Assembly (NCBI GenBank): GCA_031267915.1
Contig: JAIRYE010000010.1
Location: 15,227 to 79,226, forward strand
Source of the DNA: Puniceicoccales bacterium
Lineage (GTDB): Bacteria > Verrucomicrobiota > Verrucomicrobiia > Opitutales > JAIRKQ01
DNA length: 64,000 nt
Reading direction: 5' to 3'
The notes beneath the pieces are model-generated. The model made no database searches. It was not told where the DNA came from and worked only from the letters and a program-made list of their open reading frames with translations. Below are positions 36,516 through 47,021 of this stretch, one piece after another (position 1 is the stretch's first letter; each line of letters opens with the position of its first letter). The translations under genes and the position numbers were made by a program.

Positions 36516-38084
36516 ATGGATAAGTGGAACAATTTCAAAGAATACTTTTTCCGCAGCGACAAGCTGGGCATTTCGATTGACTTCAGCCAAATGGGCCTAT
36601 CGGAAGCATTTTTTAGCAAAATGTCTGAAAAGACCGCCAAAGCCTATCGCGAAATGGCAGCACTGGAGGCAGGAGCCATAGCCAACACCGATGAAAACAG
36701 AATGGTCGGACATTACTGGCTGCGCAATCCGAGCATTGCGCCATCACCCGAGATACAATCCGACATCGGCAACTGCATTGGCAAAATATTGAAGTTTGCG
36801 GAGAAAATACACCTGGGACATATCACCGGCCAGGATGGAAAGTTTGAAAACGCCCTGTTCATAGGCATTGGAGGTTCGATCCTCGGCCCCCAACTAATAT
36901 GCGAAAGTTTGGAAGGAAACGATAAAGTAAAGTGTCACTTTATTGACAATACTGATCCGGATGGAATTGACCTAGTCCTAAGTAAATTGGCGGGAAAACT
37001 CGGGAAAACACTGGTCATTGTGACATCGAAATCAGGCAGCACTCCCGAACCGCGAAATGCCATGCTTGAAGTATCAGCTGCCTACGAAAAAAGTGGCTAC
37101 TCTTTCCCGCGCCATGCGGTGGCCATAACCGGTGAAAATAGTCTACTGGACAGGCAAGCCGTTTCCGATGGGTGGATTGAACGATTTCCCATGTGGGACT
37201 GGGTCGGTGGAAGAACGAGTGTATTCTCCGCCGTTGGGCTTCTGCCAGCTGCACTGCAGGGAAATTCCACGGAAACATTCACTGCGGGTGCACGCGACAT
37301 GGACATGATTACGCGAATTCCGTCTCCCAAAAACCCTGCCATGCTAATGGCTCTTTCCTGGTACATTGCAACTGGCGGCATCGGGGAGAATGACATGGTC
37401 GTCATTCCCTACAAGGATCGTCTGAAAAGTTTTGCAAAATATTTGCAGCAAATTGTCATGGAGTCGCTGGGCAAGGAAAAAGACAGACAGGGAAACATCG
37501 TGCGCCAGGGATTGTCAGTGTACGGGAACAAAGGGTCGACGGATCAGCACTCCTTCGTTCAGCAGCTGCGAGACGGCATACAAAATTTTTTCCTGACGGT
37601 TATCAGCGTACTCGAAGCAAGAAACGGCACATCGATTTGCGTCGACTCCGATGGCATGACAAGCGGAGATTATTTGAATGGATTTGCTTTTGGAAGCATG
37701 AGGGCGTTGGCTGAAAATGGTACGAATATTATTCACATTTCCATTGATAAATTTTCTCCCTACGAACTTGGAGTGCTAATTGCTTTGTACGAGCGAGCAG
37801 TAGGCTTTTATGCCAGTCTGATAAACGTCAATGCTTACAACCAACCTGGCGTCGAAGCTGGGAAAAAAGCAGCGAAAGAAATTCTAGCAATGCAGAGAGC
37901 CATTGTGTCATTTTTATCCCAGAAAAGAGGGAAACAATTTACAGCTGCTGATATCTCCGATGGGATAAATTGCCAGGACAGAGTACTTGTATTCAAAATA
38001 CTGGAACACATCAGCGCAAACGATGAGCGGGTGAAAAAAAATCAGCGGGATGATATTTTTAATTCAACCTACGGGGTGGACTGA
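36516..38084 (+). CDS. pgi: Glucose-6-phosphate isomerase
   Basis: IGIGGSILGPQ, VIVTSKSGSTPEPRN, GGRTSVFSAVGL and NAYNQPGVEAGKK, the PGI family signatures. Confidence 0.9.
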   Translation: MDKWNNFKEYFFRSDKLGISIDFSQMGLSEAFFSKMSEKTAKAYREMAALEAGAIANTDENRMVGHYWLRNPSIAPSPEIQSDIGNCIGKILKFAEKIHLGHITGQDGKFENALFIGIGGSILGPQLICESLEGNDKVKCHFIDNTDPDGIDLVLSKLAGKLGKTLVIVTSKSGSTPEPRNAMLEVSAAYEKSGYSFPRHAVAITGENSLLDRQAVSDGWIERFPMWDWVGGRTSVFSAVGLLPAALQGNSTETFTAGARDMDMITRIPSPKNPAMLMALSWYIATGGIGENDMVVIPYKDRLKSFAKYLQQIVMESLGKEKDRQGNIVRQGLSVYGNKGSTDQHSFVQQLRDGIQNFFLTVISVLEARNGTSICVDSDGMTSGDYLNGFAFGSMRALAENGTNIIHISIDKFSPYELGVLIALYERAVGFYASLINVNAYNQPGVEAGKKAAKEILAMQRAIVSFLSQKRGKQFTAADISDGINCQDRVLVFKILEHISANDERVKKNQRDDIFNSTYGVD

Positions 38085-38233
38085 AAGCTTTCCCGGGGAA
38101 ATTTTCCACCACAATTCACGTTCGATCGGGAGTAAATTCAGGCCCTTAGAGCGCTCATTGGCTAGGGGAACTGCTTCCGGCGAGGCAATAATTTTTCTTG
38201 TCTTGGATGGCTCGATTTATCAAATTGGGGAGC

Positions 38234-39835
38234 ATGAAATACGTCTTCATAACCGGTGGTGTGGTTTCCTCTCTGGGGAAAGGTTTGACAGCAGGAGCTG
38301 TTGCTGCGCTCCTGGAATGCCATGGTTATCGCGTGAAGCTGCAAAAATTTGACCCGTATTTGAACGTCGATCCAGGGACAATGAGCCCATTCCAGCATGG
38401 CGAGGTATACGTTTTAAATGATGGCACGGAAACGGATCTCGATCTTGGCCACTACGAGCGATTCACGGCAGCAAAATTGTCAAAGGAAAATAGTGTTTCC
38501 GCCGGCCAAATTTATGCATCCATCATCGAAAAGGAGAGACGCGGAGATTTTTTGGGAAAAACCGTTCAAATAATCCCCCATGTAACCGATGAAATAAAGG
38601 AAAAATTTCAGCGCGGAGCAAATGATTGCGATATTCTTCTGACGGAAATCGGAGGTACAGTTGGGGACATGGAAAGCTTGCCATTTATCGAAGCCATGAG
38701 GCAAATGGCCATGGATGTCGGCAAAGAAAATGTGCTGTATCTGCACATGGCGCTTGTTCCCTATTTACGAGCAGCTGAAGAGTTGAAGACCAAACCATGC
38801 CAGCAAAGTGTTGCGAAGCTGCGGGAGATAGGAATACAGCCGGATGTTTTGATTTGCAGAACGGAGATCCACCTGTCCCAGGAAATTCGGGATAAAATAA
38901 GCATGTTCTGCAACGTTGAAAAACACTGCGTAATTGAGGAGTTAGACCTGCAGCTATCGATCTATGAGCTGCCAGTGGTTTTGCACAGAGAAAATCTTGA
39001 TAAAATTATATTGGAGCGATTGCAGTTGCCAACGCAGAATTGTGACATCTCCAAATGGGAAAAAATCGTTGAAAAATTAGCACACCCCAGGGCAACTGCC
39101 AAAATCGGACTCGTTGGAAAATACACAAGTCTGAAAGATGCATACAAGTCAGTGTTCGAAGCGCTTACGCACGCCGGAATAGCAAATGATTGCAAAGTCG
39201 AAACGATTCCCATAGACGCCGAAGATCTTGAAAAATGCGGAACGGACTCGCTGAGTAAAGTGGATGGAATTCTAATTCCCGGCGGATTTGGAGATCGCGG
39301 CACAGAGGGGAAGATTGCAGCGGCACGCTATGCAAGAGAAAATGATATCCCCTACTTCGGAATCTGTCTTGGCATGCAGATCGCGGTGATAGAGTTTGCC
39401 CGGAACGTTGCGGGAATAGCTGATGCAACCAGTGAAGAATTCGACGAAAACGCGAGGAATAAGATCATATTTCTGATGCACAATCAGGAAAACATAAAAA
39501 ATAAAGGAGCCACAATGCGCCTGGGATTGTATGACTGCGCTCTGAAGGATGGCACAAAAACACAGAAAATCTATGGGGTGAAAACCATAGCCGAACGCCA
39601 CCGCCACAGATACGAATTCAATCCGCAGTTTGAAAAAATTTTCGATGAGAACGGAATGAAAATATCCGGGCAAAATCCTGAAAGCGGACTGGTTGAAATA
39701 GTGGAAATTCCCAGTCACAAATGGTTTATCGCGGTGCAATTTCACCCGGAATTTTTATCGAAGCCGGCAGCAGCCCATCCACTGTTTGCAAATTTTATAA
39801 AAGCTGCTCTGAAAAATAACAAATTTGCATATTGA
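38234..39835 (+). CDS. pyrG: CTP synthase
   Basis: MKYVFITGGVVSSLGKG, IIPHVTDEIK, GGTVGDMESLPFIEA, and the GATase domain GICLGMQ...HRHRYEFN...VQFHPEF. Confidence 0.95.
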   Translation: MKYVFITGGVVSSLGKGLTAGAVAALLECHGYRVKLQKFDPYLNVDPGTMSPFQHGEVYVLNDGTETDLDLGHYERFTAAKLSKENSVSAGQIYASIIEKERRGDFLGKTVQIIPHVTDEIKEKFQRGANDCDILLTEIGGTVGDMESLPFIEAMRQMAMDVGKENVLYLHMALVPYLRAAEELKTKPCQQSVAKLREIGIQPDVLICRTEIHLSQEIRDKISMFCNVEKHCVIEELDLQLSIYELPVVLHRENLDKIILERLQLPTQNCDISKWEKIVEKLAHPRATAKIGLVGKYTSLKDAYKSVFEALTHAGIANDCKVETIPIDAEDLEKCGTDSLSKVDGILIPGGFGDRGTEGKIAAARYARENDIPYFGICLGMQIAVIEFARNVAGIADATSEEFDENARNKIIFLMHNQENIKNKGATMRLGLYDCALKDGTKTQKIYGVKTIAERHRHRYEFNPQFEKIFDENGMKISGQNPESGLVEIVEIPSHKWFIAVQFHPEFLSKPAAAHPLFANFIKAALKNNKFAY

Positions 39836-39904
39836 TGTTGATTTATTGAAAAAATATGGAATATATTATCTTCTTTTACAATTTCGGGAGGTAGAGTTTT
39901 GATT

Positions 39905-41470
39905 ATGAGTGAAGGCACTTTAGAAGCACCAAGATTTGGCAGGATAAGGAAATTTATTTATCCCATTCACAGTTTTGAAACAAAAAAAGCACTGCCAATG
40001 GGTATAATGTTCTTTTTTATCCTTTTCAACTACACCTGCCTCAGGAACTTGAAAGATGCACTCATAGTTACTGCACCAAATTCCGGTGCCGAGGTGCTAT
40101 CATTTCTCAAGGCGTATTTCGTCATGCCGAGCGCCATCCTATTCATGCTGCTCTACGCCAAGGGGAGCGATGCCATGAGCAATGAAAAATTGTTCCATGT
40201 GACCATCGGCATATTCGTAGCATTTTTCGGAATTTTTGGCTTCCTCATATATCCAAATTTAAATACCCTCCATCCATCGGTGGCCACTGTTGCCCAGTGG
40301 CAGTCAACGTGCTCGGAGGCCTGGCGTTGGCCGATAGCCATCGTCGGCAATTGGTCCTATGCGATGTTTTTCGTAATGGCTGAGCTGTGGGGTAGTGTGG
40401 CCCTGTCGCTGCTATTTTGGCAATTTGCAAATCAAACGTGCAAAGTTTCCGAAGCCAAGAGATTCTATGCCTTTTTCGGACTACTTGCGCAATTTTCCCT
40501 GCTGCTTGCCGGAGAGGTTGCGGATTACTTTGCTAAAGTCTCTGATAAAGCCGTCCCGGGAGTTGATGCATGGGGAAATGCTCTGCGCTGCTTGATGGGA
40601 ATTATTGTTGTGTCCGGAATAATTGTCATGTGCATTTACCGGTGGATATACGTGTATGTTCTGACTGACAAGCGCCTCTACGACAAACCGGAGCTTCCCG
40701 GAGCCAAGAAGAAAAAGGCAAAGATTGGATTTTGGCAGAGCATGAAGATAATGGTGACCTCTCCATATCTTGGCCTGATCGCTGCACTGGTGATATGCTA
40801 TGGGATAGGAGTCAACGTCATAGAGGGATTGTGGAAAAGCCAGGTGAAGATAATGCACCCGAGAGCAGGAGACTTTAATGCATTCATGGGAAGGTATGTG
40901 TTTTGGACGGGGATAGTGTCGATTTTCGTGATGATAATCGGCGGAAACATTCTGCGTGCGGTCAATTGGTTTACGGCTGCCGTCATCACACCAATGCTAA
41001 CGCTGCTCGCGGGAAGCTTATTCTTTTCGTTTATTCTGTGGAGAGGAAGTTTTGTTGATATTCTGGCACGCATTGGAACAAAACCCGCCGCCGTTGCTGT
41101 GGTGCTTGGAGCGGTGATACTTATTCTGGCGAAATCTACGAAGTACGCACTATTTGATCTCACCAAGGAAATGGCATACATCCCTCTGGATGAGGAAATG
41201 AAAGTTAAGGGAAAAGTCGTGGTGGAAGTTGTCGGCGGACGCCTCGGGAAGGCCGGCGGCGCATGGCTGCAATCCGGACTGCTCATGATATTCGGATTTT
41301 TAAGTTCCCGCTTTGGATTCTTCGGCGGAGGGAAAATTAGCCTAATGAACATAGCTCCGTACCTGTTTGGAATATTGATAGCGATTTGCCTTACCTGGAT
41401 ACTGGCCGTGAAAGCACTGAGCAAACGAATTGCCGCTGTGACAACACAGCCACCTGCTCAGCCTGCCTGA
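39905..41470 (+). CDS. Nucleotide transport protein of the NTT (ADP/ATP translocase, Tlc/Npt) family
   Basis: About 521 aa and 12 TM. The N-terminal KALPMGIMFFFILFNYTCLRNLKDALIVT, plus WSYAMFFVMAELWGSVALSLLFWQFANQ and KYALFDLTKEMAYIPLD, are characteristic of chlamydial/rickettsial/plastid NTTs. Substrate specificity cannot be read from the sequence. Confidence 0.9.
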   Translation: MSEGTLEAPRFGRIRKFIYPIHSFETKKALPMGIMFFFILFNYTCLRNLKDALIVTAPNSGAEVLSFLKAYFVMPSAILFMLLYAKGSDAMSNEKLFHVTIGIFVAFFGIFGFLIYPNLNTLHPSVATVAQWQSTCSEAWRWPIAIVGNWSYAMFFVMAELWGSVALSLLFWQFANQTCKVSEAKRFYAFFGLLAQFSLLLAGEVADYFAKVSDKAVPGVDAWGNALRCLMGIIVVSGIIVMCIYRWIYVYVLTDKRLYDKPELPGAKKKKAKIGFWQSMKIMVTSPYLGLIAALVICYGIGVNVIEGLWKSQVKIMHPRAGDFNAFMGRYVFWTGIVSIFVMIIGGNILRAVNWFTAAVITPMLTLLAGSLFFSFILWRGSFVDILARIGTKPAAVAVVLGAVILILAKSTKYALFDLTKEMAYIPLDEEMKVKGKVVVEVVGGRLGKAGGAWLQSGLLMIFGFLSSRFGFFGGGKISLMNIAPYLFGILIAICLTWILAVKALSKRIAAVTTQPPAQPA

Positions 41471-41500
41471 CGAAAATTTCAATGATTTTTATTCGGACCT

Positions 41501-41531
41501 GTCCCCGATAAATCGGGGGCATTTTATTTTC
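41501..41531 (+). terminator. Rho-independent terminator candidate after the NTT gene
   Basis: gtccccga-taaa-tcgggggc hairpin (8 bp including one G-U) followed by attttattttc, 30 nt past the stop codon. Confidence 0.55.
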
Positions 41532-41640
41532 TTTGTAACCGTGGGATTTTTATTCGCAATTTTTCAGAAATTTGTAGCATGGCTGCACCGAGCGGAAAGG
41601 TTCGCAAAGGAAAATAAACAAATGTTAAACAGCGAATAAC

Positions 41641-42522
41641 ATGCCACTAGCAAAATTGATATCGTCACTGCTCCATCCGATTGAAGCAAAGGCCTCCCCG
41701 ATCAAATCAAAATTAAGGGAAATTCCGGATATCCGAGCTGTAATTTTTGACGTATACGGGACGCTTTTCACAACAAACGTCGGAAGCAATTCGCTGTCTG
41801 AGCCAAGTATAGAATCGGATAAATTAATAATTGAAGCCTTTGAGGAGTCTGACTTCGACGTCTTCGAACATGACATAAGTCTCAGCGAGCTATACGTGGA
41901 GCACGTTAGAGCACACTACGACATTCGCAAGTCCGAAGGAATCACCTATCCCGAAGTCAACATATGCGACGTCTGGCAGGACTTTTTAAACGAGCTCTTC
42001 GCTAACGGAATCATTGACGGAGATCTGACGGAGCGTTCCATACGCCGCGTAATTGTCTGCCACGAGTGTAAGGTAAATCCAACATGGCCGGAAAAAGGAT
42101 CTCTGGAATTCATACGAACTTTGCAGGATAACGACATCGTTGCCGGAACGATTTCCACGGCGCAATTTTACACACCAATAGTAATGGAAACTCTCTATCA
42201 AAATAGCCTCAAAACGCTGGGATTTGAGGAGCCAGTTTGCATATGGTCATACGAACACAGACACAGAAAGCCATCGGCAGTGCTGTTCAAATTATGCGAA
42301 GAGGGGCTAAAAGTCCTGGGCCTAAAGCCATCGCAAGCGCTGTGCGTCGGCAATGACATGTTCAACGACATAGTTCCGGCTCACAAAGCTGGGTTCAAGA
42401 CTGCGCTATTCACGGGAGATAGCCGCTCCTTGCGTCTGCACAAAGACATCGAAGAATGCGTAAAAATCAAACCCACAATAGTTTTCAACGAATTTAGCCA
42501 GCTCGCAGATTGCATACTCTAG
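41641..42522 (+). CDS. HAD-superfamily hydrolase (haloacid dehalogenase-like subfamily)
   Basis: Motif I VIFDVYGTLF (D-x-Y-G-T as in type II dehalogenase-like HADs), a Ser/Thr motif, and C-terminal VGNDMFNDI. Confidence 0.7.
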   Translation: MPLAKLISSLLHPIEAKASPIKSKLREIPDIRAVIFDVYGTLFTTNVGSNSLSEPSIESDKLIIEAFEESDFDVFEHDISLSELYVEHVRAHYDIRKSEGITYPEVNICDVWQDFLNELFANGIIDGDLTERSIRRVIVCHECKVNPTWPEKGSLEFIRTLQDNDIVAGTISTAQFYTPIVMETLYQNSLKTLGFEEPVCIWSYEHRHRKPSAVLFKLCEEGLKVLGLKPSQALCVGNDMFNDIVPAHKAGFKTALFTGDSRSLRLHKDIEECVKIKPTIVFNEFSQLADCIL

Positions 42523-42536
42523 AGCGGGATTTCGTT

Positions 42537-43139
42537 CTAATTTTGCGGAAACTGGCAAAAATTTCCATGTGGCGAATTCTCTTTGCCAGCGGCAAATAAT
42601 TTTATCACATCCGCAACATCACAAATCAAGCGCGCAGCATCTTTTATTCTGTTGCGAGTTGCCTTTGTTACCAATCGGAATGGCTCATGGTAGGCAACGA
42701 AGCCGCCGTTTGCAAGCAGTATCCCGCCGTGCTTCTTTCCGGTCCAAATATCGCACAGCTGATCTCGAATCTCTTCGTAGAACAAAATCGAACGCAAAAG
42801 TTGCGAATTGTCCGTCGAAAAAATCAACCTGCTGTTCAAAATTGGATCGTTCGACAAAAATACATTTTTGTCGAAAATTTTGTGCAGGCTCACGGAAAAA
42901 GGTTTTGCTCCCACCCTGATGCTAAATTTTTCACTGCTGCCGAGCTCAACTCTGGCCACCAACCTCAGCGGAAACTGTCCGAAGTTTGGGAATTTCACTG
43001 TGTACACTCTGACGCATTTGCCGCAGATATCTCCCTCCAGAGTATACCTGCCGAACAAATTTGCAATCATTGGAAATGCTTTACACAGACGAGATTCTGG
43101 GAACATCTGCAACTTCAAATCATTTGCAATTTGTTTCAT
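42537..43139 (-). CDS. Hypothetical protein
   Basis: 200-aa ORF with an ATG start, convergent with the HAD gene. No motif recognised. Confidence 0.45.
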   Translation of the reverse strand: MKQIANDLKLQMFPESRLCKAFPMIANLFGRYTLEGDICGKCVRVYTVKFPNFGQFPLRLVARVELGSSEKFSIRVGAKPFSVSLHKIFDKNVFLSNDPILNSRLIFSTDNSQLLRSILFYEEIRDQLCDIWTGKKHGGILLANGGFVAYHEPFRLVTKATRNRIKDAARLICDVADVIKLFAAGKENSPHGNFCQFPQN

Positions 43140-43167
43140 GCGGTTTTAGTTGGGCACGGGTTGACGC

Positions 43168-44544
43168 CTACAGTAAAAAATACGATCCAATGCTAAGAAA
43201 AATAAACATCCCGGCGATATCAGTTATGGAGGTGAGGAAAATGTAGGAACTCTGGGCCGGATCACATTTTATGCGCGCCAGGAATATTGGAATTAGCGAT
43301 CCCACAAACCCCGACAATCCCATGTTTAGCGTCAGAGCAAAAAGAACTACCATACCAACTTTAGAATTATGCGACCATAATCCGGTTATCATAAATGCAA
43401 TGAATCCTATGATCAGACCATTGCAAAGCCCCTTCATTGTTTCCCTAAACACTATGCCCGGAGCATCCCCGCTTTGGTATTCCCCTAGGGCAAGGCCTCT
43501 TATGGAAATGGCCAGCGTCTGCGCGCCAGAATTGCCACCCAGAGCAGGAATCATCATCATAAAAACTGCCAAAACCGTGTATTGGGCAATTTTTTGCTCA
43601 AAAAGATGAATCACATTGGCTGTAACAAAGGCAATGCAGAGATTGACAACCAGCCACGGTGTGCGTTTAAAAATGCTGCTGGAAACACTGTCATGTATGC
43701 TCTCATCTCCTCCGGCACCGTGTAATTTTTGAATATCTTCGGTGGCTTCCTGGCGCAGAATATCGATCACATCATCGTGCGTGACAATACCTATTAGCCT
43801 GCGCTGGCCATCGACCACCGGCAGAGTATTGAAGTGGTGCTTAGCCATTATGTGCGCAGCCACCTCTCTGTCCTGCTCGGGCGCACAAATTCCCTCGACG
43901 TTTTCACACATTATCGTCCCGATTTTTATGTTTGAATCCGTCCACAGCAACTTTTGCACATTCAAAACACCAACCAGATGTTTTTTCTCATCGACCACAT
44001 ATAGGCTGTCAATGTTTTCAGCAAAATCCTTGCTCTTCCTCAACAATTCAATGGCCTCGTCGACGCTCATGCTCGTTACCAGAGCGGAAACATGTGGAGT
44101 CATTACGCCACCAACGGTATTTGGGTCGTAGGTCAGCAAATTTTGCAAAATTATCGCCTCATTGGACGGCATCTTTGCCAGTAAACGTTCCCTTATATCC
44201 TCTTCCAGTTCGCGCAACAAATTTGCTGCGTCATCGGGAGCGAGTGAACTCAGAATTTTCACAGCCTTCACATCGCGCATCTCTGAAATTATTTCCGCAG
44301 AGTCTTCGGCATTCATTTCCGCCAAAACTTCGGTTGTTTCATTCACAGAGAGCTTGCGCAGAACCACTTCCCTATCTTCAGCGGAAAGTCTTTCCAGCCA
44401 CGCACCGATTTCGTGGGGGGGAGTTCGCGCCAGCTTTATGGCATTCAAATCTCGAAAATCATTGTCGGCACAACGCTGCAGGTCCTCAAATGTATAGTAT
44501 TTGAGGCTTACCCTTCTATCTTCAATGTTTTTATGCGGTGACAT
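43168..44544 (-). CDS. mgtE: Magnesium transporter MgtE
   Basis: N-terminal MgtE_N domain, tandem CBS domains, and a C-terminal 5-TM domain with GGNSGAQ and ITDIAGMFIF motifs. Confidence 0.9.
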   Translation of the reverse strand: MSPHKNIEDRRVSLKYYTFEDLQRCADNDFRDLNAIKLARTPPHEIGAWLERLSAEDREVVLRKLSVNETTEVLAEMNAEDSAEIISEMRDVKAVKILSSLAPDDAANLLRELEEDIRERLLAKMPSNEAIILQNLLTYDPNTVGGVMTPHVSALVTSMSVDEAIELLRKSKDFAENIDSLYVVDEKKHLVGVLNVQKLLWTDSNIKIGTIMCENVEGICAPEQDREVAAHIMAKHHFNTLPVVDGQRRLIGIVTHDDVIDILRQEATEDIQKLHGAGGDESIHDSVSSSIFKRTPWLVVNLCIAFVTANVIHLFEQKIAQYTVLAVFMMMIPALGGNSGAQTLAISIRGLALGEYQSGDAPGIVFRETMKGLCNGLIIGFIAFMITGLWSHNSKVGMVVLFALTLNMGLSGFVGSLIPIFLARIKCDPAQSSYIFLTSITDIAGMFIFLSIGSYFLL

Positions 44545-44786
44545 TTTACAAAAAACTAGAGACTTACGGTGTGTAACCGTCGAATTTTACATGAAATATC
44601 AAGCAAAATTTAGTCAAAGAAGCAACGCTTAAAAAAAATTTCATCAGCGGCGGGAAGCTTCCACAGACTTCATCGGCGGTGAAGGACCAAATTCAAAAAT
44701 TTAAAAAAAATGCTGAAATAATTTTTATCTTCAATTATTGCCGCCTCTCCGCCGAAAGAAACAGCTATTCTCCGTGAATTCATAAC

Positions 44787-45824
44787 CTAAATGGGGGCCT
44801 TTCCCCCTGCCCTCTTCAGCAGAGCGTAAATTTTACGACCAAACAGCACGGGAAGAACCATACTGCCACAGACCTGGCACACGGGAAAAAGAGAAATTTG
44901 TTGCGCATCTTTTTTGAGAAGAAAAATCACCGGCATAAGCAGCAAAAATACCAGCGAAGATACCAGAAAAATAGCTGCGAAATAATTCACTTTAAACAAT
45001 TCGCTAAGATTGGTGATCGAATCAGATTTGCTCCGCGCATATAAGCCCGTTGTCACTTGGACAATCAGTGCAATAAAAATTCCCTGAACTATGGCAAAAA
45101 GAGTGATCTCGTTGCTCTTTACCGCGGTGAATCGCGTAGCAAACAACCAGAGATATCCGCTCTGCCAGCAGGTAACATAGGCAAGAAGCTTGCGCAGTTC
45201 CGTTTTAGCGAAAAATAAAATTGGAACGAACCACAGCGATCCAAAAATCATCACCAGCACCATGGATAAAGTACTCCGAGAACCATTTACCAACTCCATC
45301 GGAACGGTGGCAAGTAGAAATTTTACTCCAATTGGCCGCAGAAGGATCAGCCAAATACTTATGAGCGATGCCGGCGCACGGGAAAAAAACGAATCCACCC
45401 ATCCGCTTAGTGGATATGCAGCCGTTAGTATTCCAAATGCCAAAATGCGCAATACCGTTGCTCCGACTCTCTTCGGCAAAATATTTGCATATGCACACAG
45501 CAGGAGAGCAAGAAAATGGTATGCTGCAAATTTTTTCGCTGCATATCTGCTATCCCCATATCCCTCCACCAGAAGCAAAATGCTTCCCGCCAGAGCCAGA
45601 GCTCCAATAAAACTATGCAAGTCACTAATCGCACAGCATATGGCAAAAATTCCCAATTGCACCAGCCGACTGGTCCAAAGCAATTTTTTATCTTTCTTCG
45701 CTCCGCTAATTTTGGGAAAATCACCGGCAGATCCGTTGCTAATTGGCGACGCATCCACAAACCAGAGAGAAATAGTACTCGCCAACATTATTACAAGTTG
45801 ATCAACTGGCAACTGCATCGCCAT
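44787..45824 (-). CDS. Polytopic membrane protein, weakly reminiscent of the proton-conducting NuoL/M/N-MnhD family
   Basis: 345 aa and about 10 hydrophobic segments. LRKLLAYVTCWQSGYLW resembles the K..LAYSS..Q.G motif. The product call is tentative. Confidence 0.45.
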   Translation of the reverse strand: MAMQLPVDQLVIMLASTISLWFVDASPISNGSAGDFPKISGAKKDKKLLWTSRLVQLGIFAICCAISDLHSFIGALALAGSILLLVEGYGDSRYAAKKFAAYHFLALLLCAYANILPKRVGATVLRILAFGILTAAYPLSGWVDSFFSRAPASLISIWLILLRPIGVKFLLATVPMELVNGSRSTLSMVLVMIFGSLWFVPILFFAKTELRKLLAYVTCWQSGYLWLFATRFTAVKSNEITLFAIVQGIFIALIVQVTTGLYARSKSDSITNLSELFKVNYFAAIFLVSSLVFLLLMPVIFLLKKDAQQISLFPVCQVCGSMVLPVLFGRKIYALLKRAGGKAPI

Positions 45825-45986
45825 GCCTTTCCCTAAGTAATTTTATCCGGTGGGAACATGCTCCACCAGCCCACGCTGCCAGCATCACCAGGAACGAAAA
45901 TATCCCAAGGAAAATGCCCTCCAGCAGACACCTAAGTATCACACGATCAATAAAATCGCACAATTTGAGTACTTTTTTTAGCATGC

Positions 45987-46604
45987 CTACTTCGTTCCGT
46001 ATGCCCGATCTCCGAAATCTCCAAGTCCGGGAACAACAAATTTGTGCTCATCCAGTCTCTCATCCATCGCGACCGCGTAAATCGGAATGCGGGGAAATGA
46101 ATTTTCCAGACGCCTTATTCCGTCCGGCGACACAACCATTGACACCATCACCACACCATCCGGCTCCTGTTTGGCAATCATTTCCAGCGCCTGTTCCGCG
46201 GACTGCCCAGTTGCAATTATGGGATCCAGCAGGATTACAAACTTACCCTTCAAATTTGGCAATTTGCAGTAGTACGTCCTCGCGGTGGCTGCTGCATCGC
46301 GCTCCATTCCGATGTATCCGATGGAAACATTCTGCAACATTTCCACTGCCGGTTGCAGCATCGCCAATCCCGCACGCAGAATCGGCACAACGACAATGGA
46401 TTGCCCGAGATCTGTGCCATTAAAGCTAGCCAGTGGAGTTTTTACTTTCTTCTGTTTCGTCTGCAGACCGCGAGTTGCCTCCATCAGCAAAAGATACGCC
46501 AGGCGCTTGCCAAGCTCTCGAAACTGAGATGTCTGCGTCGTCTCGTCGCGCAAATCCGTGAGAATCTTTCCAGCGAGTGGGTGTTCTACAAGATGCAGCG
46601 CCAT
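45987..46604 (-). CDS. upp: Uracil phosphoribosyltransferase
   Basis: VEHPL, VVPILRAGLAM, ILLDPIIATGQSA (PRPP loop) and VPGLGDFGDRAYGTK. Confidence 0.9.
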   Translation of the reverse strand: MALHLVEHPLAGKILTDLRDETTQTSQFRELGKRLAYLLLMEATRGLQTKQKKVKTPLASFNGTDLGQSIVVVPILRAGLAMLQPAVEMLQNVSIGYIGMERDAAATARTYYCKLPNLKGKFVILLDPIIATGQSAEQALEMIAKQEPDGVVMVSMVVSPDGIRRLENSFPRIPIYAVAMDERLDEHKFVVPGLGDFGDRAYGTK

Positions 46605-46840
46605 TGGGATACACATGGAAAATTTTTGTCAGAAATAATCAATGCTTTTTTTGAGCTGAAGTGCCGGCTAATTTATCCGCAGCTCCCAGCCACTTGCCGG
46701 ATGGCGCAGCTTTTGACAGCAGAACACCCGACCAGGAGCAGCGAAATGCGGCAAGGAGCTCACTGAAATTTCCGAATTAATGCTTGCAAACAAGTGGGCG
46801 TTAATTTCTGTGAACGGTGCTGGCGAAAGTTGGAATCCCT

Positions 46841-46917
46841 GGGCGGTTAGCGCAATTGGTTAGAGCAACTGGTCTACACCCAGTAGGTTGGAGGTTCGAG
46901 TCCCCCACCGCCCACCA
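46841..46917 (+). tRNA. tRNA-Val (anticodon TAC), CCA encoded
   Basis: Cloverleaf folded by hand: acceptor GGGCGGT/ACCGCCC, anticodon arm ACTGG-TCTACAC-CCAGT, T loop TTCGAGT. There are two non-Watson-Crick pairs (12:23 G-A, 51:63 A-C). Confidence 0.8.
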
Positions 46918-47021
46918 CCGAAAAAAATACATCTCGGGCTAAAACAAACTTTTCTGCGGGGAATGTTTTTATATTGTATTTGCGAAAAACATCGCTAGCT
47001 TGGTGCCCCTTTAGTTTATAA

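Noticed and set aside
40798-41424. 208-aa minus-strand ORF
   Set aside because: It is antisense to the well-supported NTT transporter gene, so it is a shadow ORF.
43932-44504. 190-aa and 111-aa plus-strand ORFs
   Set aside because: They are antisense to mgtE, so they are shadow ORFs.
44545-44786. Possible Mg2+ riboswitch (M-box) in the 242-nt leader upstream of mgtE
   Set aside because: The leader is long and A-rich, but I could not find the conserved M-box helices or core sequence by eye. It would need an Infernal/Rfam scan.
45190-45801. 203-aa plus-strand ORF
   Set aside because: It is antisense to the polytopic membrane protein gene 44787-45824. Its composition is not protein-like (R/S/A-rich) and there is no start context.
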